Shown: in pieces, positions 26,511-38,790 of the stretch | Numbering within the stretch: position 1 is the stretch's first letter | How the letters are laid out: each line of letters starts with the position of its first letter | Assembly (NCBI RefSeq): GCF_003918875.1 | Contig: NW_025767202.1 | Span: 2,542,001 to 2,606,000 of the forward strand | Length of the DNA stretch: 64,000 bases | Source: Haliotis rubra | Taxonomy: Eukaryota | Reading direction: 5' to 3' | The notes under the pieces: generated by a model | Databases searched by the model: none | Told to the model about the DNA's origin: nothing | What the model saw: only the letters and a program-made list of their open reading frames with translations | Position numbers and translations under genes: made by a program

Positions 26511-26894
26511 GAATCGAGGTTTTAGTCTTTACGTGCATTTAGCGCTTACTTTGTCGTTTTGGAGTATCCTATAGCTGTTGTAAGCATTGTACTAAAAACC
26601 AAAGCAAGTTTAGACCAATCGTAAACATTTGTTACACAAATCAGCATTCAACTGCTGTAAAAATACTCTTTTTGCACTTGTTCACGCTGTGCGTTTTCTT
26701 AATATATATCGTAACAGTCGTGCAAGGTGCATATGTGAAACAGCTGCATGCATTATTTATAGTGATACTCTCAGAACAATATTTACTTCTTCATTACTAT
26801 ACATTTTTAGTGTGTCATTTTATTCATTTTTCATCATGTACTTAGAAACAGCAACTTTCACTCTTTGGAAGATAATAGCTAATAGTCACCTATA

Positions 26895-27600
26895 CTAGAC
26901 AATTTCGTAATAACATTAGTCTATTCATAAAGTGCATTAATCCATGCGCAATGCATGCTCTAAGCGTAAAAAGAAGTTGAGGTAGGAGGTCAGTCTTGAA
27001 AGGCAGTTTGAAACACTTAGACCTTGAGGTGAGATTTAAAGACATCAAACGTTTGTGACCGTCTGAGGTATAAGGGGAGATTGTGCAACTCCGTTGCTGT
27101 ATTATAAGCGAAAGATCGTTGGCCATAGATCACGGAATTCAACAGACACTTGTTTTCCGACCTCAGTAATCTTGCTGGTTTGTATTCCGTGGTCAGATGA
27201 TACAGATACTGGCAGCCAGTGTAAGTCATGCATGATGGAAGTGAAGTGGTCGTACGTTCTGCAACTGGAGACTGGATATGCTGTAGTTTATTGGTAATAA
27301 TTTCAAATGCATTGTTACAATAATCAATCCTGCCTTTTTCAAGGGAGTGAATCAGGATGATAAGAGATTCTTTTGTTACGTAGTTATTTATATTACCAAT
27401 ATTCCTCAGCTTGAAAGATCAAACACTAGAGATATAGCTGCCATGTTTGTTTATCGACAGTCCAGCACAACACTTTTATCGAAAGATGTTCATCGCCTGA
27501 GTATCATCAGCAAAGAGATGTCTTGCTAACTTGTACTGGTCGACGACTCAACATAGTTCCTTTGAGTAGAGGGACCAACACCTCCCATTTCTCCCATAGA
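26895..27600 (-). mobile_element. Degenerate L2-clade LINE (RT core to 3' end, internally deleted)
   Basis: SLYSKELC*VVDQYKLARHLFADDTQ at about 27500-27575; HFTSIMHDLHWLPV; YKPARLLRSENKCLL..YGQRSFAY...ELHNLPLYLRRSQTFDVFKSHLK; followed by an L2-type 3' stem and tail. Confidence 0.9.
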
Positions 27601-28096
27601 ATGAGATCCTGTTTCTGACACAAACTCTCGTCGCTAATGTCATCGGAGGTCCAATATAACTTGCTACATCACCTTGCTCTTAATTTGTTTCATCGTCTGA
27701 ACTAATCTTTGATCTTACCTGCTGAGGTCTTGCACCACCGTATCTCTTCAGTGGCTTTACTCCAGCTGCCATTGGATACTAAGATTTCATCACGTCTATT
27801 TTTTTTGGTATTTCGTCAGTTTATGTATGTGTTTATGTATGATAATTACGTCATTTGGCTCCTATAATATCAGTTAAAATGAGATCTTCGAAACACGAGT
27901 GAACTCTTTTTCAGTATTGTTTACACACAAAAAAGTTAATTTGATAAATCAGGTATGAGATGCTTGCTTTCATCAAATCTAAACGTGATGTTTATGACCC
28001 AAACGTGAAGAAAATGATATGTACACAGTCAAATACGTTATCCAGTATCGTGGGATTCATATGGAATAAAAATATTTGCATCTTAGGAAAACTGTT

Positions 28097-28443
28097 ATAA
28101 ATCATTAGGATTACATCACTAGTCGGCACGGATTCAAAATTTTCTGGGGGTTGAATGATTGACATATATGGTAACAGATTAAGATGTCTGAGTTTGTCTC
28201 AAGGGTTGACACTCTACGGGTGTCATGTGTGTTAAAACTCCAACTCATTCTGCTTGCTTTCAAACTAAACAACGCTGCCTGAAGATGGTGCAGCCAACAA
28301 AGCTAAAAATAACTCTTAAATTTCACAGTAAGTTATATTGACACACATGTCGTAGCCCCTCACACATTTCCCCTAGTAACATGAGAGTGCCAAAAGTGGG
28401 TTAATAAATCATTAGGATTACATCACTAGTCGGCACGGATTCA
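28097..28443. repeat. Pair of identical 40-bp direct repeats 307 bp apart
   Basis: ataaatcattaggattacatcactagtcggcacggattca at 28097-28136 and 28404-28443. Confidence 0.95.
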
Positions 28444-29789
28444 TCAGCAATTTGAGTTTTTGGGGGACAAATGATGTACCGAATGACTTTTATTGGCAAA
28501 TCTTGCAGCCAAATTTTTAACGATGTCATTAGACACGAAAGTTGTGCTGTTAAATATTTCTTTTTCTTTCTGTCTGACGAGGATGCGAGAGGCAATCCAA
28601 CAATTATCTAAATCGCTTAATCGCTTTTATCCATAGATAATGTTCATGACCACCAATCAAACTCATTCAGCTGAGTACAGCAAGAAAAGCAATGGCTGCT
28701 TTTGACGCGAGTGCTGCAGTAAGGTTACACCTGTTAATCACGAGCAATGGCTGTGGACTTGCTGATACCATACTTGCCAGGGTAAACTGACATGGGTACA
28801 CAAACTTCAAACCACGCTAGTTTACCACCAAGAACTCAACATGCACCTGAATTACTGAACCATTTAGCCTTGATTACCAGACACATGCCTCAATATGGCA
28901 ACATATACAAGGTATATGGCAACAACGGTGTACTGTTACAAGAGTTTTGTTGTGTTTGTCGCAAAGAATGCCTTAAACAGGATATCCGTTCGTGGTGATT
29001 CGATTTAGATTATGTTCATGGCGTAATCAATACACTACCATTAGTAAGATGAAACATGATCCAAATCACGTCTTCATGTGTACGTATCTTTTGCTGCGTG
29101 CATTTAATTATTTATCTGATGAAAATCAAATTTTTAAATATATCCTAGGTATGTCTATTGGAACAGACATGTGCATCTCAGCTGTGAATCTTTCAACAAA
29201 GGGGGTGTTGTATCTGAAGGATAGTAGCACTTGCATTACCTTAGCATGTGTTTGATGGTTATTTGTCAGAATCGTACAATGGGCTCTGCTTTTAGTAAGA
29301 TCGTTCTTCATATCTAAATTGACAAGAACCCTTTTCCGTGATCATAATGAACAAAGTAATATTGCCATACGTAAATGCCTTTAACGACTCTGTGTAATAA
29401 GCAATCTGTTCTAAAAGCAAAAACCATTGTCCGATTCTTGTCTTTAGTTAGTGTATGAGTGTATTATTCACTATCAGTTCGGGATAATAACTCGTGCAGC
29501 CATGAAAGTGTTGATTTTCGTTTATACCATAAGCTCCTCTTTAGTACTGTACCAGATTTACAAAGTAATGGGCGCACTGCATATATCAAAGACATTTTCT
29601 TAATCAGCAGGAATAAGTGCACAAAACACACAATGTAACGTAAATAAAGAGTAAAAATCTTAATTTCCAGGCAAAGGAATCACTAAATTCAGTAACACAT
29701 GTATGTGATGTGGTCGCATTCGGTAAAATGTAGGCTGTTATCACATGTAAAAATCATGGCAATCATAAACAGGTGTAAATCACGAAACA

Positions 29790-30545
29790 TCATGACCACT
29801 GAGTATGGAATCCACTGAATAAACTCCCAGTTCAACTGGTGCTGTGTATTGCCGTAACACGAGGTCACCGTGACAAAAATGACTGAGAAGGTTCTCTCGG
29901 AGTTTGACATCACTTTGAAAAGGGCCGTTTTGCCTAGTATTATCTTTCGTAATTACTGTATATATTAAAAAATAAATATTCATCAAAAGTTTCTCTCCAC
30001 TGTGCATGTAATATATACGTCCAGATATACGTTAGATACAAAAATACATGAAAATAAATCTAAATAATCAAAACTCCTCTAAATCGTTGACCAACCAAAT
30101 CGGATCATAAATCGATAGCTACTGATTGAGAGGGATATACAGGCATTTGCTCTGACGTATCTTCATCAGTGATATCGCTACTGGTTAAAGACGAGGCACG
30201 TCAAATTAACACTGATCGATCCTTTGAAAAATGTTGCCAGGGAGGCCTTGGCTGTCAAAAGGATTCACTTGTGTCAAATGGGAATCTGACAACAATGACC
30301 TGGGGTTAGAAAACACACATACAAGGAAGTTCTATTATCCATTTGGTGCATTTGTCATATCTATTACACACGACAGTATGTTTGTCCTCAGGATAAGAGA
30401 TCCTCACCCAAACCATGGTCTTAACAGAGCGAGTAATCACCAGCATCTACTTTAATGGATAGGTTGGTCAAGGCTGGCGACTTCACTGACCGCATGGTTT
30501 CGTTGGTCATCATCTATGAAGCGGATCACTGAAGGTGTCTCGGTC
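29790..30545 (-). mobile_element. Degenerate RTE-clade LINE fragment in each tandem unit (also about 32746-33500 and 35728-36480)
   Basis: TFSD-RFIDD...AVSEVASL...FG.RISY..TNIL...TAKASLA...GPF...VKLR...DSI.QWS resembles the RTE pattern ITNLRFADD..LA.SE.EL...GM.IS..KTK...W.D.I..WTG. Confidence 0.55.
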
Positions 30546-30664
30546 GTAGTAAGGTGATATACACACACTTAATCAACTGAGTGGCGGGTGCTGTGAAGCA
30601 AATGTCATCTGAAACTTGCCGAGAAAATAATATGCGACATCTAAGTGACAATTTTAGTGTATGA

Positions 30665-30905
30665 CATACAGACACGTTGTAGACCACGGGCACCTGTCGG
30701 GTAGCCATCTCTGCTGATCTGTTTCTTTCTGACTACAAGCAAATCGCTGATCAGATTGACATAACCAAAACAAGGAATTTGGTCTAAATGTTTAACGTAC
30801 TGAGCTTTAGGTTTATTCTGCAATAACCATCAAAGAACCAATTCTGTTCCTCTAATTTACCCACTTGAACCAGTAATAAAATATACTACTGAAACCTCAT
30901 CATCT
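30665..30905 (+). mobile_element. Degenerate PLE RT fragment in each tandem unit (also about 33620-33865 and 36600-36845)
   Basis: YRHVV..GTCRVAISADLFLSDYK...NLV*MFNVLSFRFI...PLIYPLEPVIKYTTETSSS. Similar to 1880-2135. Confidence 0.75.
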
Positions 30906-33900
30906 TCGCGAGGGGACGTGTTTAATTTTACCTCGACTGACGTGCAGACACCGAAAGCAGAACGGCTTAAATCCTTCTCGTCATAGAGGAAAGTTCAGGA
31001 TCACGATAGCATGGTGTGTACATCTTCGTATCTGAGTCCATTAAAGACGTCCATATCTGCTAATTTTATTGATTGTCCTATAACTAAGACGTGTTTTGAA
31101 TGAAAGACGTTTTGGAAACAGGGAAACGTAACGAAAATATTTTTCTTATGTTTAGTCGTGAGCAGATCGTGCTGAATATCGCGACTGTAAAACAAAAAAC
31201 CTTTGGTAATGACTTCATTACAGCTGTATTTACAATGAGGTGGGCGGTTCATCCTGGATATGTTACTTCAAGTGAGCGCTGTGTTGTGCGGTGTGCCTGA
31301 TGTCTCTCTGACCGGACTTGACAATGGTATTATTTTAAGCACAACCAGTCGCGAATAATCAATCAGTGTTTGTACGTTTATTTGCTGTATGCTTACAGGC
31401 TCGGTTATGTGTCAAGGCAAATAAGACCCGTTCACCTAATTTTGACAGTCACCAGTTTAACCAATATCGATCAGTTTATCACCGTGTCGACGTATTGATC
31501 ATAATTCCTGATGGTTTATTACTGTCAATGATCCTAATTATCTGTCGATGATTTTCCGTGCCAACGGGTATCCCATGGGCACTTTGCCGGGAAAATGGGT
31601 CGAGGCCCCACATTGGCTCAGTCTTACAGATGCCCATGCCATGGCTGTCTGAATTAATATGAAACATCATTCAGCCGTGTATGGTTCAGGACAGAGACTG
31701 GAACTGTTCATGCTGTAAACAGAGAATTCCTTTGGTCGTGTTGCTTAGAAAGGTCTCCCTCCGTCCAAATGTTTTAATGAGATCTATTACTACATGTATA
31801 TCGTGTATATTGTCCTGCATATGCTTAGCTTTGAAAAGAAACTACTATCATAAAGGGCTGTGTAGCTTTTATTCGTTGAACACATGCACACGATCACATG
31901 CCTAGCTAAGACATTGGGTCAGTAGAGTACAAGGTAATCCTGGCCATACACGTGTCGAGGTGTAAGTTGAAACAATAAACTAACTACATATTTGATGTGA
32001 AACCAACAAACCACAAGAAAATAACGTACAATTAACAACTGTATTCTACAATTAACTACGTTTACAAATCAGTACACTTTTCTGCAAGGCATTGACAAAG
32101 GCAGTACCAAACAGACTGACGCTACATTATCCTCTTACAATACGAACGGCGTGTTGGAGACCTACCTGTCTTACCTTCATACAAAACGTAGGTTTATTGA
32201 TGACTACCTGAAACTGTATTAGTCGCTAAGCAACTACCCGCAAAATGCGTGCATTGTGTCTGAATAAGCCTTGGTATTCTTTACGATATATTTTACCAAA
32301 TAATGAGGACATATTTTCTTGCCTCCACATGGCATTAGGCAAGGACATCCTGTTGCCGGGATGATGTTATATAATACTTTTATAACACCACAAGTGATCC
32401 GTGTGAACGTAGAATTAAGACACATGTAAATGAATGTGCTTTCTATGGTGGAATTGGGCATTTAATATTCGTCAGAAAGCTTGATATATGTCTGGGGAGC
32501 TTTACATATGGATAAATGGGTGCTTACTCATGGTATCTCAAGAACCTTATTGTCGTTTTCACGATCAATAAATGCTAATAAATGACTGTGTACATCGGCA
32601 AGCGTTTTATGACTTTTCTCGCTATGTGTTAGAAATTCTTCGATTGCTTAAATATCTAGGAACATTCAATTTGATTCGTCTGTGAAGCGATTGATTGAGC
32701 AATAAGGGCGTGAGTTCCCAATCTAGACTCAGTGGTCACGAAACATCATGACCACTGAGTATGGAATCCACTGAATATACTCCCAGTTCAACTGGTGCTG
32801 TGTATTGCCGTAACACAAGGTCACCGTGACAAAAATGACTGAGAAGGTTCTCTCGGAGTTTGACATCACCTTGAAAAGGGCCGTTTTGCCTAGTATTATC
32901 TTTCGTAATTACTGTATATATTACAAAATAAATATTCATCAAAAGTTTCTCTCCACTGTGCATGTAATATATACGTCCAGATATACGTTAGATACAAAAA
33001 TACATGAAAATAAATCTAAATAATCAAAACTCCTCTAAATCGTTGACCAACCAAATCGGATCATAAATCGATAGCTACTGATTGAGAGGGATATACAGGC
33101 ATTTGCTCTGACGTATCTTCATCAGTGATATCGCTACTGGTTAAAGACGAGGCACGTCAAATTAACACTGATCGATCCTTTGAAAAATGTGGCCAGGGAG
33201 GCCTTGGCTGTCAAAAGGATTCACTTGTGTCAAATGGGAATCTGACATCAATGACCTGGGGTTAGAAAACACACATACAAGGAAGTTCTATTATCCATTT
33301 GGTGCATTTGTCATATCTATTACACACGACAGTATGTTTGTCCTCAGGATAAGAGATCCTCACCCAAACCATGGTCTTAACAGAGCGAGTAATCACCAGC
33401 ATCTACTTTAATGGATAGGTTGGTCAAGGCTGGCGACTTCACTGACCGCATGGTTTCGTTGGTCATCATCTATGAAGCGGATCACTGAAGGTGTCTCGGT
33501 CGTAGTAAGGTGATATACACACACTTAATCAACTGAGTGGTGGGTGCTGGGAAGCAAATGTCATCTGAAACTTTCCCCGAGAAAATATTATGCGACATTT
33601 AAGTGACAATTTTAGTGTATGACATATAGACACGTTGTAGGCCACGGGCACCTGTCGGGTAGCCATGTTTGCTGATCTGTTTCTTTCTGACTACAAGCCA
33701 ATCTCTGATCAGATTGACATAACCAAAACACGTGAATTTGGTCTAAATGTTTAACGTACTGAGCTTTAGGTTTATTCTGCAATAACCATCAAAGAACCAG
33801 CTCTGTTCCTCTAATTTACCCACTTGAACCAGTAATAAAATATACTACTGAAACCTCATCATCTTCGCGGAAGGAACGTGTTTAATTTTACCTCGACTGA

Positions 33901-36900
33901 CGTGCAGACACCGAAAGCAGAACGGCTTAAATCCTTCTCGTCATAGAGGAAAGTTCAGGATCACGATAGCATGGTGTGTACATCTTCGTATCTGAGTCCA
34001 TTAAAAACGTCCATATCTGCTAATTTTATTGATTGTCCTATAACTAAGACGTGTTTTGAATGAAAGACGTTTTGGAAACAGGGAAACGTAACGAAAATAT
34101 TTTTCTTATCTTTAGTCGTGAGCAGATCGTGCTGAATATCGCGACTGTAAAACCAAAACCTTTGGTAATGACTTCATTACAGCTTGCATTTGATTGTAGT
34201 TACAATGAGGTGGGCGGTTCATCCTGGATATGTTACTTCAAGTGAGCGCTGTGTTGTGCGGTGTGCCTGATGTCTCTCTGACCGGACTTGACAATGGTAT
34301 TATTTTAAGCACAACCAGTCGCGAATAATCAATCAGTGTTTGTACGTTTATTTGCTGTATGCTTACAGGCTCGGTTATGTGTCAAGGCAAATAAGACCCG
34401 TTCACCTAATTTTGACAGTCACCAGTTTAACCAATATCGATCAGTTTATCACCGTGTCGACGTATTGATCATAATTCCTGACGGTTTATTGCTCTGTCAA
34501 TGATCCTAATTATCTGTCGATGTTTTTCCATGCCAACGGGTATCCCATGGGCACTTTGCCGGGAAAATGGGTCGAGGCCCCACATTGACTCAGTCTTACA
34601 GATGCCCATGCCATGGCTGTCTGAATTAATATGAAGCATCATTCAGCCGTGTATGGTTCAGGAGAGCGACTGGAACCGTTCATGCTGTAAACTGAGAATT
34701 TCTCTGGTCGTGTTGCTTAGAAAGGTCTCCCTCCGTCCAAACGTTTTTACTGAGATCTATTACTACATTTATATCGTGTATATTGTCCAGCATTTGGTTA
34801 GCTTTGAAAAGAAACTACTATTGTAAAGGGGTTGTGTAGCTTTTATTCGTTGAACACATGTACACGCTTACATGCCCAGCTAAGACATTGGGTCAGTAGA
34901 GTACAAGGTAAACCTGGCCATGCGGTTACGTGTCGAGGTGTAAGTTGAAACAATAAACTAACTACATATTTGATGTGAAACCAACAAACCACAAGAAAAT
35001 AACGTACAATTAACAACTGTATTCTACAATTAACTACGTTTACAAATCAGTACACGTTACTGCAAGGCATTGACAAAGGCAGTACCAAACAGACTGGAGC
35101 TACATTATCCTCTTACAATACGAACGGCGTGTTGGAGACCTACCTGTCTTACCTTCATACAAAACGTAGGTTTATTGATGACTACCTGAAACTGTATTAG
35201 TCGCTAAGCAACTACCCGCAAACTGCGTTCATTGTGTCTGAATAAACCTTCGTTGGTATTCTTTACGATATATTTTACCAAATAATGAGGACATATTTTC
35301 TTGCCTCCACATGGCATTAGGCAAGGACATCCTGTTGCCGGGATGATGTTATATAATACTTTTATAACACCACAAGTGATCCGTGTGAACGTAGAATTAA
35401 GACACATGTAAATGAATGTGCTTTCTATGGTGGAATTGGGCATTTAATATTCGTCAGAAAGCTTGATATATGTCTGGGGAGCTTTACATATGGATAAATG
35501 GGTGCTTACTCATGGTATCTCAAGAACCTTATTGTCGTTTTCACGATCAATAAATGCTTATAAATGACTGTGTACATCGGCAAGCGTTTTATGACTTTTC
35601 TCGCTATGTGTTAGAAATTCTTCGATTGCTTAAATATCTAGGAACATTCAATTTGATTCGTCTGTGAAGCGATTGATTGAGCAATAAGGGCGTGAGTTCC
35701 CAATCTAGACTCAGTGGTCACGAAACATCATGACCACTGAGTATGGAATCCACTGAATATACTCCCAGTTCAACTGGTGCTGTGTATTGCCGTAACACAA
35801 GGTCACCGTGACAAAAATGACTGAGAAGGTTCTCTCGGAGTTTGACATCACCTTGAAAAGGGCCGTTTTGCCTAGTATTATCTTTCGTAATTACTGTATA
35901 TATTACAAAATAAATATTCATCAAAAGTTTGTCTCCACTGTGCATGTAATATATACGTCCAGATATACGTTAGATACAAAATACATGAAAATAAATCTAA
36001 ATAATCAAAACTCCTCTAAATCGTTGACCAACCAAATCGGATCATAAATCGATAGCTACGGATTGAGAGGGATATACAGGCATTTGCTCTGACGTATCTT
36101 CATCAGTGATATCGCTACTGGTTAAAGACGAGGCACGTCAAATTAACACTGATCGATCCTTTGAAAAATGTGGCCAGGGAGGCCTTGGCTGTCAAAAGGA
36201 TTCACTTGTGTCAAATGGGAATCTGACATCAATGACCTGGGGTTAGAAAACACACATACAAGGAAGTTCTATTATCCATTTGGTGCATTTGTCATATCTA
36301 TTACACACGACAGTATGTTTGTCCTCAGGGTAGGAGATCCTCACCCACACCATGGTCTTAACAGAGCGAGTAATCACCAGCATCTACTTGAATGGATAGG
36401 TTGGTCAAGGCTGGCGACTTCACTGACCGCATGGTTTCGTTGGTCATCATCTATGAAGCGGATCACTGAAGGTGTCTCGGTCGTAGTAAGGTGATATACA
36501 CACACTTAATCAACTGAGTGGTGGGTGCTGGGAAGCAAATGTCATCTGAAACTTTCCCGAGAAAATATTATGCGACATTTAAGTGACAATTTTAGTGTAT
36601 GACATATAGACACGTTGTAGGCCACGGGCACCTGTCGGGTAGCCATGTTTGCTGATCTGTTTCTTTCTGACTACAAGCCAATCTCTGATCAGATTGACAT
36701 AACCAAAACACGTGAATTTGGTCTAAATGTTTAACGTACTGAGCTTTAGGTTTATTCTGCAATAACCATCAAAGAACCAGCTCTGTTCCTCTAATTTACC
36801 CACTTGAACCAGTAATAAAATATACTACTGAAACCTCATCATCTTCGCGGAAGGAACGTGTTTAATTTTACCTCGACTGACGTGCAGACACCGAAAGCAG

Positions 36901-38029
36901 AACGGCTTAAATCCTTCTCGTCATAGAGGAAAGTTCAGGATCACGATAGCATGGTGTGTACATCTTCGTATCTGAGTCCATTAAAAACGTCCATATCTGC
37001 TAATTTTATTGATTGTCCTATAACTAAGACGTGTTTTGAATGAAAGACGTTTTGGAAACAGGGAAACATAGCGAAAATATTTTTCTTATCTTTAGTCGTG
37101 AGCAGATCGTGCTGAATATCGCGACTGTAAAACCAAAACCTTTGGTAATGACTTCATTACAGCTTGCATTTGATTGTAGTTACAATGAGGTGGGCGGTTC
37201 ATCCTGGATATGTTACTTCAAGTGAGCGCTGTGTTGTGCGGTGTGCCTGATGTCTCTCTGACCGGACTTGACAATGGTATTATTTTAAGCACAACCAGTC
37301 GCGAATAATCAATCAGTGTTTGTACGTTTATTTGCTGTATGCTTACAGGCTCGGTTATGTGTCAAGGCAAATAAGACCCGTTCACCTAATTTTGACAGTC
37401 ACCAGTTTAACCAATATCGATCAGTTTATCACCGTGTCGACGTATTGATCATAATTCCTGACGGTTTATTGCTCTGTCAATGATCCTAATTATCTGTCGA
37501 TGTTTTTCCATGCCAACGGGTATCCCATGGGCACTTTGCCGGGAAAATGGGTCGAGGCCCCACATTGACTCAGTCTTACAGATGCCCATGCCATGGCTGT
37601 CTGAATTAATATGAAGCATCATTCAGCCGTGTATGGTTCAGGAGAGCGACTGGAACCGTTCATGCTGTAAACTGAGAATTTCTCTGGTCGTGTTGCTTAG
37701 AAAGGTCTCCCTCCGTCCAAACGTTTTTACTGAGATCTATTACTACATTTATATCGTGTATATTGTCCAGCATTTGGTTAGCTTTGAAAAGAAACTACTA
37801 TTGTAAAGGGGTTGTGTAGCTTTTATTCGTTGAACACATGTACACGCTTACATGCCCAGCTAAGACATTGGGTCAGTAGAGTACAAGGTAAACCTGGCCA
37901 TGCGGTTACGTGTCGAGGTGTAAGTTGAAACAATAAACTAACTACATATTTGATGTGAAACCAACAAACCACAAGAAAATAACGTACAATTAACAACTGT
38001 ATTCTACAATTAACTACGTTTACAAATCA

Positions 38030-38790
38030 GTACACGTTACTGCAAGGCATTGACAAAGGCAGTACCAAACAGACTGGAGCTACATTATCCTCTTACAATA
38101 CGAACGGCGTGTTGGAGACCTACCTGTCTTACCTTCATACAAAACGTAGGTTTATTGATGACTACCTGAAACTGTATTAGTCGCTAAGCAACTACCCGCA
38201 AACTGCGTTCATTGTGTCTGAATAAACCTTCGTTGGTATTCTTTACGATATATTTTACCAAATAATGAGGACATATTTTCTTGCCTCCACATGGCATTAG
38301 GCAAGGACATCCTGTTGCCGGGATGATGTTATATAATACGTTTATAACACCACAAGTGATCCGTGTGAACGTAGAATTAAGACACATGTAAATGAATGTG
38401 CTTTCTATGGTGGAATTGGGCATTTAATATTCGTCAGAAAGCTTGATATATGTCTGGGGAGCTTTACATATGGATAAATGGGTGCTTACTCATGGTATCT
38501 CAAGAACCTTATTGTCGTTTTCACGATCAATAAATGCTTATAAATGACTGTGTTCATCGGCAAGCGTTTTATGACTTTTCTCGCTATGTGTTAGAAATTC
38601 TTCGATTGCTTAAATATCTAGGAACATTCAATTTGATTCGTCTGTGAAGCGATTGATTAAGCAATAGGGGCGTGAGTTCCGAATCTAGACTTGAGTAAAA
38701 AGCTTGAGATACCCAAAATGACTTGTTTTATGTAAATATTTCTGCAAATGGTTATTTGGGAATATTCAGAGTGCTGATAATTCAGTGCCA
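38030..38790 (-). mobile_element. Degenerate RTEX-like LINE ORF2 C-terminus (also about 32070-32720, 35050-35700; older paralog about 8400-8840)
   Basis: ILGIS...EL.PL...RRIK...P*VS...FR*SS..L..EGKTGR...RSYC...C...TDL resembles FR.SSH.L.IE.GR...R.C..C...H....C..Y.DLR. Confidence 0.5.

Larger units (their letters stand above)
29780..38691. repeat. Tandem triplication of a ~2.97-kb unit (starts 29780, 32736, 35718)
   Basis: Each unit begins tcacgaaacatcatgaccactgagtatgg and ends aatctagact, and the ORF track repeats three times. Units 2 and 3 are nearly identical; unit 1 is more diverged in its middle. Confidence 0.99.

Noticed and set aside
28570-28604. Hammerhead-like CUGACGA-GGAUGC..GCAAUCC
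   Set aside because: It lacks GAAA, and the context reads better as a decayed LINE RT (FND...LSDED...LNRL).
31548-31640. FRANGYP motif suggesting a PLE thumb domain
   Set aside because: The frame is broken in units 2 and 3 and the flanking residues do not fit PLE.
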